44,420 nucleotides of DNA from positions 27,728,844 to 27,773,263 of the forward strand of contig NC_069001.1 in the NCBI RefSeq assembly GCF_001194135.2, given 5' to 3'. Below, one piece after another: positions 13,169 through 26,183 of the stretch (position 1 is the stretch's first letter; each line of letters starts with the position of its first letter). Source of the stretch: Octopus bimaculoides (lineage: Eukaryota). The translations under genes were made by a program, and so were the position numbers. The notes beneath the pieces are model-generated. The model was not told where the DNA came from, searched no databases, and saw only the letters and a program-made list of their open reading frames with translations.

Positions 13169-13553
13169 NNNNNNNNNNNNNNNNNNNNNNNNNNNNNNNN
13201 NNNNNNNNNNNNNNNNNNNNNNNNNNNNNNNNNNNNNNNNNNNNNNNNNNNNNNNNNNNNNNNNNNNNNNNNNNNNNNNNNNNNNNNNNNNNNNNNNNNN
13301 NNNNNNNNNNNNNNNNNNNNNNNNNNNNNNNNNNNNNNNNNNNNNNNNNNNNNNNNNNNNNNNNNNNNNNNNNNNNNNNNNNNNNNNNNNNNNNNNNNNN
13401 NNNNNNNNNNNNNNNNNNNNNNNNNNNNNNNNNNNNNNNNNNNNNNNNNNNNNNNNNNNNNNNNNNNNNNNNNNNNNNNNNNNNNNNNNNNNNNNNNNNN
13501 NNNNNNNNNNNNNNNNGTATATACATGTATGGTGAAAAATTCCTGACTTGAAA

Positions 13554-13714
13554 GATGTCGCAAAAAGCCTGGCTGGAGGCACAACCTTGCGGGTTCTTTC
13601 AAAGGGTTTAGAAAAATTGAAGTACCGCTACAATAAGTGTGTAAATCCTTCAGGGGAATATGTTGAATAAAATCATAGTTAACAGATCCACCTGTATTTT
13701 CTTTCAGCAAAATC

Positions 13715-13720
<6 letters not shown>
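13554..13720 (+). mobile_element. Mariner transposase C-terminal remnant
   Basis: Frameshifted translation AKAWLEAQPCGFF/KGLEKLKYRYNKCVNPSGEYVE* (stop 13668-13670) matches the mariner C-terminal pattern W...QP..FF..GI.KL..RW.KC....G.YVE; homologous in reverse to 40090-40200. Confidence 0.8.
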
Positions 13721-13753
<33 letters not shown>

Positions 13754-14295
13754 CTGTGTGCGTATGTGTGCATATTTTTTATTACTTCTATCTGCTTCAG
13801 CCGCGTGAATTCGGTCATTCTGGAGCAATTATATTAAACCTAGTTTCATGAATGTGTTTATATGACATTCTTTTATTTGTAACGCTTGAATGCTCGTATG
13901 TTTTTCATTAATTGTTAAATCACCCGTGTGTTATTTATTACGTCTGTATAAAAACTATTTATCCAACGCACAAATATCTTTATTGTCTTTTCTGCAGGTT
14001 TTATGTTTTGTTTACACGTACGAATGACTGATGTTATAGATTTTCCTCAGGAGACAATAAAGAGATTATTGTTACAGAGCGATACATTTAAATAACAAAA
14101 TGATAAATTGCTCACAGGTTAGAGCATCGGGAAAAATTATGTCCGATATATTACCGAGCTTTAATTTCTGTTTTCAAATCCACCCAAAGTTAATATCATT
14201 CATTAATGATTTTGGCGTTAATAATAGATGTATTACTAAAATCTTGGTTTGATTTAATTAAGAAAAACCCGTCTAGACTTCGTGGTGATCTTCCG

Positions 14296-14401
14296 CAAAG
14301 CGAAGTCGACCTCGGCAGAATATGATCTCAGAACGAAAAGAAGGATAAAATACCACTAGGCATTTCGCCCGGCGTGCTACCGATTCTGCTATCTTACCGC
14401 C
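14296..14401 (-). mobile_element. Nin/Deu-like SINE head fragment
   Basis: GTCGACCTCGGCAGAAT...CAGAACG...GCATTTCGCCCGGCGTGCTA.CGATTCTGC matches 35750-35847. Confidence 0.8.
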
Positions 14402-14434
<33 letters not shown>

Positions 14435-14437
<3 letters not shown>

Positions 14438-14603
14438 GGCGCTAATGCAAATATTCTGCTTAGTACCACAGATTTGCTTGTTAATTGCTTGAACTTGACC
14501 AGTTGAGCATGTCCCTTAGTGGCTGACGTTATGTGCAGAAGTAGTGGGGGAGCATCATAGTCCTGTGTTGAGAGGAATTCTTTGGGGTTTGAATAATTCA
14601 CCT
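14435..14603 (-). mobile_element. Second copy of the 6952-7308 retroelement family (colinear, internally deleted)
   Basis: GCAAATATTCTGCT...GATTTGC and GGGGAGCATCATAG...GTGTTGAGAGG blocks; preceded on + by (TAA)n. Confidence 0.75.
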
Positions 14604-14798
14604 GCTGCGGACTCAAGGACATATTAAAGGAAATGGTGAAAGCTGGTCTCAGACTCTGTGCCAGACGGAAGAAATGACAAACGATCGTGAATACTGGCAA
14701 TATGCGGTTTTCAATAAAATCCATCCTACATTGACAGACCATTATACTAGAAGTCGTATTTTCGGTGGATTCTTCCCCCGTGTCGTTATGTATGTTTG

Positions 14799-14853
<55 letters not shown>

Positions 14854-14930
14854 NNNNNNNNNNNNNNNNNNNNNNNNNNNNNNNNNNNNNNNNNNNNNNN
14901 NNNNNNNNNNNNNNNNNNNNNNNNNNNNNN

Positions 14931-14978
<48 letters not shown>

Positions 14979-15099
14979 ATCAAAGAAACGGAAAAAAAGA
15001 CAAGAAAAAAGCAACAACAACAACGTGAGGACTTAGTATATGCAAAGTGCAAAGTATTTAGAAGAGGCTCAGGGATGGAAAGAAAGGGTGGTTACATAC

Positions 15100-15141
<42 letters not shown>

Positions 15142-15146
15142 CTCTA

Positions 15147-15181
<35 letters not shown>

Positions 15182-15909
15182 TATATATACCGATTAATGT
15201 TTGCTGCGCATTCTCTCACAAAAAATACAGCATATAGACATATACCCAAAGAGAGACAGAGAGACAAAATGGAACAAATATGATGAAAACATTATATCCG
15301 AATAGACATGTACGGGGAAAGTGAGGGAGTGGAGAACGAAAGAAGGACGAATTCAGTTATTAAGATAAGTAGAGTAAAGCAAGCAAAGCCATAGCAGAAT
15401 AAATACATAATTAAATATATAGTCGCATATATAAACGCATATATATTCATTAAAATATATGCATGTTTTCCCTACATGCGTAGTAACAGAAATTCATAAT
15501 CATGGACTGAATTATTATTTAGATGCATTAATAAACCCATTATTTGATTGGTATTTTCTCCAAAGTAAATTTCATGATAACAACCATATTTTCAAATAGA
15601 GAAAATTCGATTCCATGGCAACGCGTACAAACATATAAAATTAGAGTTGAAGAAGAAAAAAACAAAAAAAACCGACAGTGTTTTAAACAGAATAGGATAT
15701 AATTTCCTATATATTTACTTTATTCCCTCATGCTGAGTTTATAGACTCCGTCTTTATATTCAATTCTGATGAAATATCATTGTGATTACTGGCTTGCATT
15801 ATATACATTGGTTTTATAGTATTTAGTTTCCATTATGCATACATATACGTGATTTTATTGATACACATACGACCTATACACACACAGAGTTTATGCACGC
15901 ACACACGCC

Positions 15910-15981
<72 letters not shown>

Positions 15982-17780
15982 CAATGAGAGCGAGCGAGAA
16001 ATAGAGAGAGGAAGACAGACAGATAGAAAGATAGATATAGACAGACAGGTAGTTCGGTAGATGGATAGATGGATAGGCTGCTTATTTTGATTTCCGTTGC
16101 TTTTCTTGGGAGTTAGATTACGTTTGATGTTTTACGAGATATTGATGGATGTGTTACAGTTATTAAACATAAAGCAGCGTTAGTATTAATTTGTATTGCC
16201 TACCTCCGAAATTGATCAAATACGTATCCATCGAATACGAGAGTAAATACATTCCACCGTGCTGTCGCCACTAAATATTTTTACTGTTGTCATTATTAGT
16301 GTTGCGACAGTAAAAAAAGTGCCGAGCGCAGTGTTGTATCTTAAACAAGACATATAGTATTGCGATGCTCCAGCATATTCACCTGACAATGAGTAGCAGA
16401 GGCCCTTGGGAGTTAAACCTGGTACATACTAAAAACTCATTCAACCAAGTTTTCTGTTATTTCCGACTAGATGTCTTGAAAATCCGCACGAAATGCGGCA
16501 TTCATTACCTGCTAGCATTGGCAAATATTTATGATACTCAGGTTTACCCATATGCATTTTGAGTGTCTCTAGACAGTTCAGAGGGAAATAAGTACATATT
16601 TACAGATGGAACTTAAACGTGCAAGATCAGTCCAAACATATGCATGCATTATGCTGTAGAATTCAATATCTCGTGCACTATAAAGCCAAATTGTTAACGT
16701 CGATAATCTTTGTAGCCAAGTAGAACGAGAACTACGAAATGACACAGTATGTTCGCTGCTCAACAAGTTTATAAATACAACATGGAGAACGTCTGACGTT
16801 AGTTGTGTCTCTATTCCTGTATACATACGCATACGTATCCTGATATGAGAACATAGCTTACTACTTTCATCCTGTGTCTATAGGGAGCCCTCAAAATAAC
16901 TATGAATGTTCCCCTTCTTGTTCTACGCTCTAAAGCACACAGTCATTTTTCTCTATGTAAACACTAAGGACGTTCCATTTTCTGGACAGCCATTTACATT
17001 TTATTAAGATAACAATGATACAGTGCATAAATTTTGTCCAAATTGTGAATTATTCCGTCTTGTCTCTCTTTATAGAATGTTTAATAAATAAGTAAAAGAT
17101 CATGTCAGTCTAACGATTTCTAAAAAGAATGTCATAATGCTATTCATGATTATTGACTTCGTGAAATTTTGCGAAATTATTTTTCTTAAAAAACAAAATT
17201 AAATAAGGAAGCCATGCTTCCATTTCTTTGTAATACTTTAGTTTAAGTCGCAAATTTGTGAGCCCGTTTCCTTTTTTTGACGAAGTAATTCTCTCCCATC
17301 TAAGAGTTGCAGCCGTTACATGACCCTGAGCGAGTAAAAAACAAAAAAAAAAAAAGAATTGCAAGAATTATGACTTTCAAAGTAAATCCGAGCCTACCGA
17401 CACAGAATTTGGGGCAGAAGTTTAGGCAGTAAATAAAAGGACTTCCTTCAAAACTAACGGCAATACATTGCCTGTTACCTCCGGATGCCGTCGGTGGTAC
17501 TCATTCCCTTCTAATTAGACCGGAGCAAAGTGAAAGAGAGCGTCTTAGTCAGTGAATCAACACAACAACCTAGAAGGTTTTTGTTGGCGATGTTAGTAAT
17601 GATGTTCATTATGATGATGATGATGAAAGCGAATGACCAATGATACATTACATAAGATGATTGATAATTATTAAGCGAAGGTACGGTGAAATAAATAAGT
17701 GATTTATAGAAGAGGGGAAGCAATATGATTGATTGTAAAAAAACATGTAAACGTTTTAGATATCTTACTATCGATTGATG

Positions 17781-18047
17781 TCAAGTTAAGCTCAACCTGT
17801 AGTGGTAATAGTTTCTACTGCTGCTGCTGTTGCTGCTGCTACTACTACCAATACTAGTACTGCTGCTGCTCCTGCTGCTGCTGCTACTACTAATACTACT
17901 AGTACTACCAATACTACTACTGCTACTATAACTACTACTGCTAATAATAATAATATTGATGGTAATGATGATGATGACCGCCACAACGACGACGACGACG
18001 ACTATGACAACGATGATGATGATGATGAGAATGATGATGATTATTTA
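17781..18047. repeat. Compound triplet microsatellite (CTG/CTA/AAT/GAT/GAC)
   Basis: Direct inspection. Confidence 0.9.
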
Positions 18048-18411
18048 TGAGAGAGGAGTACGTCAATAGAAGCAGCCCTAGTATAGACAAGTACCTTATT
18101 TTATTGACCTTTTACTGATGAAAGGCAGAATTGATCTGCAAATGACCTTGAGACCAATTAACTACTCGGTGTTTATAGACGATTTGAGGTTTTACGGAGC
18201 AAGCAGAGGTCAACAGGAGCGAATTCTATCTGGAAGTAATTCGTGTTCTCTCGCGGTAGGAATTATTTCTCATGACATCCAGAATTTGAACTCGAGAAAG
18301 CCGATGCTTTGGAACTAAGGAGAGAGCAAAAATTATGCAGTAGGATAGTACAAACTCCAAATGATGACCATATTAGAGTAATGAAGGGAGAAGGTTACAA
18401 ATATATATCTA

Positions 18412-18444
<33 letters not shown>

Positions 18445-18623
18445 TCCGATCATGTTATTTCACAATGGAATTTTTTGATCGAAAAGCACATGGTGAGATG
18501 AGAGAATTGATTTGCCTCCCCTATATGTATGTGAATCTATGTATGTATGAATGAGTATATATATATATAGTATATATATAATCATAAAAATACACATATA
18601 TGTATACACACACACACACATAG

Positions 18624-18663
<40 letters not shown>

Positions 18664-18946
18664 GATATAGATATGCAGGGCAGACTGTTTTTTGTTCTGT
18701 GTGTCAAAAATATCGCTATCAATTTAGAGTAAAATTTGTAGTTTTGGAATCAGTAGTTCTTTGGCTCCTATTTCTGAATTCTCAGTATGTTGGAGAGGCA
18801 GGTTACTGTCAATTCCTATATATATATATATATATATATATATACGTATGTATGTATGTGCGTGTGTATATGCACATACGTATGTTTGTTCGTGTCTGTA
18901 TANNNNNNNNNNNNNNNNNNNNNNNNNNNNNNNNNNNNNNNNNNNN

Positions 18947-18977
<31 letters not shown>

Positions 18978-18998
18978 GTGCGTGTGTGTGTGTGTGTG

Positions 18999-19280
18999 TA
19001 AGTGTGATGGCCCATATCCTGTCGGATAGGCTGCTGGACTCAGGATAGTGAGATCGTAGTTTCAGTTCCTGGAAAGCGTGGCGCGTTGTGTTGCAGAGTG
19101 AAACACTTTATCTCGCATTGTTCTCTGATCACTTCGACGTCTGACGCGAGGAATATATAATGCATTTGTTTAGACAATGTCGATTTGGTCTAGAGAGTGA
19201 GAAGATGTGCGACACGAACATTTGATCACTAGAAACAAAGCAGTTTTGCAGGTCGTTCGGCAAAAGCTAAGCGCTCGCGC
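18999..19280 (+). mobile_element. Diverged tRNA-headed SINE (head similar to 496-575, different body)
   Basis: GTGATGGCCC...GGACTCAGGATAGTGAGATCGTAGTTTCAGTTCCTGGA...GCGTTGTG parallels the head of the 496-883 SINE. Confidence 0.55.
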
Positions 19281-20093
19281 TCTACCGGTCATTCAATACA
19301 ACATTTGTCTGTGTTCAGATTGTTCTTCCAGAGGAACCGTCCTGACTCCCGCCTTCGCTGTGAACAGAAATTAATAATCTCTCTTCGCTCCTTGCCCACA
19401 TGGGCTCAATTCTCCTCCCCTCTTCTTCTGATTCCACGCTCTCCTCTATTCATTTGACACCTACTTCCTCTCTTAACTGCTACCTACCTTATCCCTTCAT
19501 TGATAACCCTCAATCCCTACACCAATCCCAGAAATCCCACGACCCCATTCCCATATATCCCACCCCTACCCCACATTCTTGCTCCCAACCCCACATTGTA
19601 ACCCAAAACCCACACCCCACTCTCACTTCCCCCACATAGTAACAGCACCGCACCACACACTACCATATCACTAAACCCCATACCACTCCGCACACAATAG
19701 AACTGAACACTTCCCAGCACCCACACGCCCACTCACACGCACGCATCCACACGTCAAAGTCACCAGCCCCTTTCCAGAACATACACTTACACACTCTCAC
19801 ATACACATACACACACGCACCTTCGTTTTGGGATCACCAGTACTTTATTATCTCCCTTTCTTACTACCTCACTTGTCTAACTACCTTTGTCCAACCAGTC
19901 GCCATGATTGCTCGTTAACTCCTCTGTTTTTTTTTAAATTCTCTCTCCGTTTATTTCCTCGTTTTCCTTTCTGTTGAAAAGCGTAGGTTCGAAACGTAAA
20001 AGATTTTTTCACCTTCCCGAACGTCAAATTAATACACTTGCTTCTTGTTCATACACCTGTCTTCGTCTTTTGTTTTTCTGTAAATTTCAACTA
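19281..20093 (+). mobile_element. 5'-truncated Penelope-like element: GIY-YIG C-terminus, pLTR, hammerhead-like motif
   Basis: 19281-19410 translates STGHSIQHLSVFRLFFQRNRPDSRLRCEQKLIISLRSL/(frameshift)PHGLNS, matching the PLE endonuclease end GHS...L.V.......R...EQ.LI..L.TL.P.GLN; pyrimidine-rich tract; hammerhead fold at 19967-20002; ends in (TA)n. Confidence 0.8.
19967..20002 (+). ncRNA. Minimal type I hammerhead-ribozyme-like motif (variant core CUGUUGA)
   Basis: CTTT(stem I) CTGTTGA A AAGC-GTAG-GTTC(stem II, imperfect) GAAA CG TA| AAAG(stem I'); predicted cleavage after GUA at 19998. Confidence 0.6.
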
Positions 20094-21039
20094 TATATAT
20101 CTGTGCGTTTTCCTCTATAGGAGGTCAGCGACTGTGTGTCACTTTGAAAGTATATAGCATAAACAAGGCCTAGTGTTGCCATCTCTAGTGAACGGTTATT
20201 CTGTGCCGATGAAGAGAAAAAAACCAGAGACCATAGTCTGGAGGTACCGTTTAAGGTGGGGACATTAGCCCTGTTGTTCGATGTTTAAGGACGCAGTCGT
20301 GCGTCGATAGCCAGCTGGTAAAGGTGTTTTGCTGGAATTAAAGAAGGTAGTAGCATCGCCTAATCAGGACTGCCAATTTAAGTTGGCAAAAAGATTTTAC
20401 TTTGTATTACTACTTGCTTCTCGCTCAGAGATTTGAAACTAATTGTTTTCCTCTTTATACACACACACACACGTAAATGTACGCCGACATCATCTCTCTC
20501 AACTGATTGAAAACAATTATGAGTCATAGGATATATGTAAAAATGTGAAACCCACACGTTCTGTAATATATTCTTTTATATTTCATTTCCCGAAGCATAA
20601 TAATAATAATAAAAGAGTTTGACTGTCATATTAAGTCGGACATTCAAAGCCATTAACAGCAAATTTTTGATTTCCCTGATCAGAACGCACCACACAATGA
20701 CACAAAAACCTAAAAGTTACTAGTCATTTACTCCAAGACTCCGTTGTCTCTGCAAATTCAGTATTTCTCAATTTGTTTAGATTAAGTATATAATCGTTAA
20801 ATGTGAAAATATTTTCCCTTTGTGTTCAGAAAGTATTTGTAAACAACATTACACCATTGAAATTAAGAGGTTTGATTTCAATATTTACTACGTGACTCGC
20901 ATAAATATGACTACCTACAAAAACATAAAGATTTAAAGAAAGAAATAGAAAGAATTCTGAAAGATGTATATCGCAAGACAAAAGAATTCCATTTCATAAG
21001 TCGTTTGTATATATATTATTTAACCGATACATACATACA

Positions 21040-21041
21040 CA

Positions 21042-21096
<55 letters not shown>

Positions 21097-21212
21097 TTAT
21101 ACATGTATATAGATATAAATACGTATATGTGCATATTTATATATATATACGTAGACATGTTTTTACTTGGATGTATATATCCAGGTCATTATAAAACACA
21201 CANNNNNNNNNN

Positions 21213-21265
<53 letters not shown>

Positions 21266-21267
21266 TG

Positions 21268-21303
<36 letters not shown>

Positions 21304-21374
21304 CGTGTATGTGTGTGTGTGCACACATACGCATATATATATATATGTATATATATATTCATAGATATGTATAC

Positions 21375-21407
<33 letters not shown>

Positions 21408-21445
21408 ATGCATATATATATATATATTTTCATAGATATGCATAC

Positions 21446-21492
<47 letters not shown>

Positions 21493-21505
21493 TAGATATG
21501 CATAC

Positions 21506-21574
<69 letters not shown>

Positions 21575-21660
21575 ACATTAACACACACATAAATATATAT
21601 ATATATGCATATATATATAAATACGTATACGCATTTACGCACATACATATACTTGGATAA
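21040..21660. repeat. Compound (CA)n/(TA)n tract with embedded minisatellite
   Basis: TTCATAGATATGYATACATATGTATATA unit recurs near 21358, 21429 and 21489. Confidence 0.85.
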
Positions 21661-21829
21661 ATAAATACACGTGTGTATGTGTATAGCCGTATCATATTTC
21701 CATTTAAATCTAGTATTTCAATACCTTCGTATAATTCCTAGCGTAAGGATATATAATATGAGATACTTACACATATGGGCATCTCACTATGTAAACCGCT
21801 GTATATGTATGTATATATATATATATATG

Positions 21830-21861
<32 letters not shown>

Positions 21862-22702
21862 CAAACGTGTGTGTGTGTCTGTGTCTTCATGTGTCGAAGA
21901 ATATGATGTATTTCTGTTTGTATGTGTGTACCTGTCTGAGTGTGTCTTTGTGCGTACGATGTGTCACTACTGATAAAAACGTTGCAAAGAAATGAATTAC
22001 ACAGTCTAAACATCAATGTAGAAATGAAAACGTCGCTACTAGCTTAATATGTTTGTGTTTCACTTATTTTTATATATTTATTATTACTATTACAATCAGT
22101 GAATCACACACACATAAAAACAACACCTTCTTCTTCAACATCAACACCAATACCAACGCCAGAAACAACAACATCAATAATAATAATTACATAAAGAAGT
22201 GAGAAGTTTATATATAATACATAGAAATAGTTCCAAACAATTATGTTTACTGTGAAAACCATTATAAACGGATTCCGTGCAAATAAATTTTAGTATTACG
22301 TTTTACTTTTTCAAATCAATTTTAAACATTGCTCAGACATACATGGGCAAATATTACCTTCTAGATTTTACATGAAGTGATATACATTAAATCGACCAGT
22401 GTTTATTATTGTTGTTGCTGTTGTTGTTTTTCTTGTTGCTGCTAATGTTTTGTTGTTCTTTTTTTGCTTCTGTTGCTTTTGCTGTTATTGTTTGGCTTTA
22501 GATCAATCCACAATGCAAACATTCCAGCTTTGGCCGCCTATATGATTTCAGAGGCATGTGTAGGATTATATCCATGTGGGGACTGACAACAATTATGTGT
22601 GTATATGTATATGTGTATATATGTATGAAAAAGAAGGATATTTACTAAGAAGTTGTTGTGTATTGGTTGCAATATACTTAGTTGTGGTGTAGTGTGTGGT
22701 GA

Positions 22703-22748
<46 letters not shown>

Positions 22749-22757
22749 TAGATAGAT

Positions 22758-22920
22758 AGACGCAGGAGTGGTGCTGTGGTAATTAGCATGCTCACCAGCC
22801 ACATGGTTCCAGGTTCAGTCGCATTGCGTGGCACCTTGGACAAGTGTCTTCAAATTTAACCACGGACTGACCAAAGCCTTGTGAGTGGATTTAGTAGACA
22901 GAAATTGAAGGAAGCCCGTC

Positions 22921-22978
<58 letters not shown>

Positions 22979-23116
22979 ATGTCTGTGTGTCTGTGTTTGT
23001 CACCCACCACCATTGCTTGACAACCGATGTTGGTGTACTTATGTGCTCTTAATCTAGCGGTTTGACGAAAGAGACCGATAGAATAAGTACTAGGGTTACA
23101 AACAAGAAATTCCAGG
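22758..23116 (+). mobile_element. CORE-like tRNA SINE with internal microsatellite and partial 3' module
   Basis: GCACCTTGGACAAGTGTCTT, GAAGCCCGTCG, (TA)n(TATG)n, GCTTGACAACCGATGTTGGTG...GAGACCGATAGAATAAGTAC. Confidence 0.88.
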
Positions 23117-23667
23117 TCGTATTTCGTTACACCACATATGGATACAAGGCATTATCACCGATACGTGTGTGTGGAAGTGTGTGATTTTTATTTGTCAAGG
23201 TAATATCTATGTTAACTAATTTTTAACACCACAAAGGCTACACAAAGCCTTGGACTTTACATTTGAAATTCTCTCTTTCTCACTATATATATAGTGAGAG
23301 AGAAAATAATCGTTCCCATTTTTAACCTTTCGTGATACGCACAGACCGGCGTTTCTGGGTAAGTAACCCGTCAACAGCGTGTGATAATCACGTTCATGTG
23401 ATTAAAATTCATTCGACACGCAAATATACTAGTGTCGCTGATCTCGAAAAAGGAGATTCAGTTAACACCACGACATTGTTCAGTGTATGCTTCCTAGGCT
23501 GCTATTTCAGTATCATTTGGCGTAACCTAGGCTGCTATTTGTAGGAAATGAAGCGAACACGTGTAGATCGGTTGTCCAGCGCTGTCAGACAAAGAGAGTT
23601 AATTGTGAGATAGAAATTTAAATGTAATAAAATGTTTAAAAAAAAACAATTTAAAAGGCCTACATGA

Positions 23668-23696
23668 TAACTGTAAACCTATTTTGGGCGACCCTG
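23668..23696. mobile_element. Possible solo Tc1/mariner-type terminal inverted repeat
   Basis: Ends ...TTTTGGGCGACCCTG followed by TA (CAGGGT terminus on minus); no partner TIR found in the window. Confidence 0.35.
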
Positions 23697-24694
23697 TAAT
23701 GATAAACAGATACAAATATGTGTGTGTATGTGAGTATATATATATGTATGCAAATTGTTAAAACTAGATGTGTCTTAAGTGAGAGCTCAAGGTAAAAACA
23801 GAGACAGATTGGTAAGAAATGTAGGTAAATAAATAGATCTTTTAAAAATATATGAATGTCCATTATTTCTGTCTGTCCCACCTCTCTCTCTCTATCTCTC
23901 TATCTCTCTTTCTCTCTCTCTCTTTCTCTCTTTCTCTCTCTCTCTTTCTCTTTCTCTATCTCTCTCTCTCTCTCTCTCTGACGTGCATATAACTCTGAGC
24001 AAGGAATCACATAATCATAAGCTTCTCAACTACAAACACTTCATGTAGTTTTACACACTCTTTATCTATAACTACATTGTAGTAAATGATGCAAGAGATA
24101 GTTGTAAAGTATGTGCTCCAGATGTCAATAAGATTTTGCGATCTTTTAGGTGCTTAGACAAATAATTCATTAATTTTACAAAGCCATTGACGTGTCGCTT
24201 ATATTAAATTGCTCTTCAGACTATGTGCTTTAAACAAATATTAGTTACCTCTTGGATATCTGTAGAGTTTATGTGAGCAATAGTGTGAGGCTGTAGTCCA
24301 GCTGCATTAGTTAGTGCACCTACAGCAATTAGCAAATGTAATTGCAATAGGTTTTTTTAAAATATTGTTTTTGCTGGTTAGAGTATATAACGTTCAACTC
24401 TACTATTGCGCATATTGTAGATGTATTGTATCATGGATCTTCTTGAGGTATGAATGGGGATTTACGGTGTTCTTGCTTCAATAAGAATTCATCCTGAATC
24501 CAATTAAACATAAATCCCAGTTGCAACTAATCAGAAATTGTTTATTAGCTCTTCTCTACACGAGAGATATAGAATGTTGTGAGGTAATAATAACGCACCG
24601 AAATGTCAACTTCATTTAATTTATTCCTAGAAACTCACTTTAACTGATATCATAGCACTCGAATCACAAAGCTATTATGTTGAGAAACACTTAC

Positions 24695-25960
24695 CTAGAA
24701 TTATATCGTTTATTCGGATAAAGCGATCAACTGCAGTATTCGAATTAGTAGTATAAAGTTTAGGTATATATTGTATGTGGCTGGTTGCCAACTTTCATCT
24801 AAATTATTCATTAATGAAGTTGGAGTGAAAGTTGTAATGATGTTTCGTAGCGTTCACCGGTGATTTAAATAATTAGTCTTTCCGTTACTCTCGTGATCCT
24901 TGCTGGGCTACGAAGAAATCGACAAGTAACGCTCAAATGTTTAAAGAAGCCAAATTCTCAGCAAGACGTTGTGACAGTTATCGATGGTCCCGCCATTAGT
25001 ATATCTAGAAAGATAATTAAAAGGCATTGTGACAATCACTAATTTACTGTAATTAAATACGGAGTGAATGTTTCCTGTGCAAGTCTGTCTCCACTGATGT
25101 GTAAAATGAATTAACAGAAGTTGTTAAGTGTAAGTATGTTTAAAGAAACCTGTAGTCCAAACTTTCTGGCAAAACCTATCCATTTGAGGAGCAAAAATAT
25201 ATATATAAAAACGTGTTTTGTGAAACGTCTGATTAGATGAATTGAGAGAGAGAGTGAGAGTAACATTTGTAAGATTCACCTAATACATTGCAACTGTGAC
25301 ACTCGTGACATTGTTCTGTATGTCTTCAATGACAGTTGCCATGTTGCGGATGATCAAGTCATATCTTCCGTTTCAGTGCGGAAATATTCTTAAGACCTAC
25401 CATGACAAACACAAATTGAGCTAGTGAAAAATCAATACGGAATGCCTGAACTGCCTGTCTAACTCAGTGTTCACTGATGCTCCAAATGTATTAACTTTAA
25501 ACGTTAGAAGTGAAATGTTTAAAGAAATGTTCGGACATTGTGGTGAAGCCTGTCCTGTTGAGAAGGAAAGGTAAAGACTAAAACGTAATTTGTCAGACGT
25601 CTGGTTTACATGAACTGAGAGAGAGTGTGAGACATTTGAGAGTTTGAAATGTTAAGCTGCATCTGTGAACAGCAGGTAATTATTCTGGGAGTCACTTGAG
25701 AGAGTCAAACTGTTGCAAGTAATGGATGCATATGTTTCGTTTCACGATAAACAACTACCTAACTCGCATCAGTATCAATGGCTGTTAAAATATCAAGATT
25801 TATGCCTCTCACGGTCTGCTATTCATGAAAGGTTGAAAAGAAATTAACTGGAGCCATACCAAAAATATTACACCAATAATTTTCTGGCAGCTTGTTTGCA
25901 AACAGAGCACATGATATTGTTCATAACAGAATCTCGTTTAAACATGCTAATTGATAGGTT
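24695..25960 (-). pseudogene. Decayed coding region with ~123-codon tandem repeats (unidentified extracellular-type protein)
   Basis: Two units 369 bp apart in the same minus frame share aligned residues (DSQNN/DIQNN, NQTSDKLRF/NQTFHKTRF) and, after frameshifts, VNTFGASVNTELDR/VNSFYTSVETDLHR; multiple stops; hydrophobic segment at 24710-24775 and AG|GTAAGT donor at 24695/24694. Confidence 0.35.
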
Positions 25961-26009
25961 ACTGTAGACTATTATGACACGGAACAAAGCACACATTTAT
26001 GTGTGTGTG

Positions 26010-26046
<37 letters not shown>

Positions 26047-26095
26047 GTACAAATATATATATATACATATATATGTATATGTATGCATATATATA

Positions 26096-26183
<88 letters not shown>

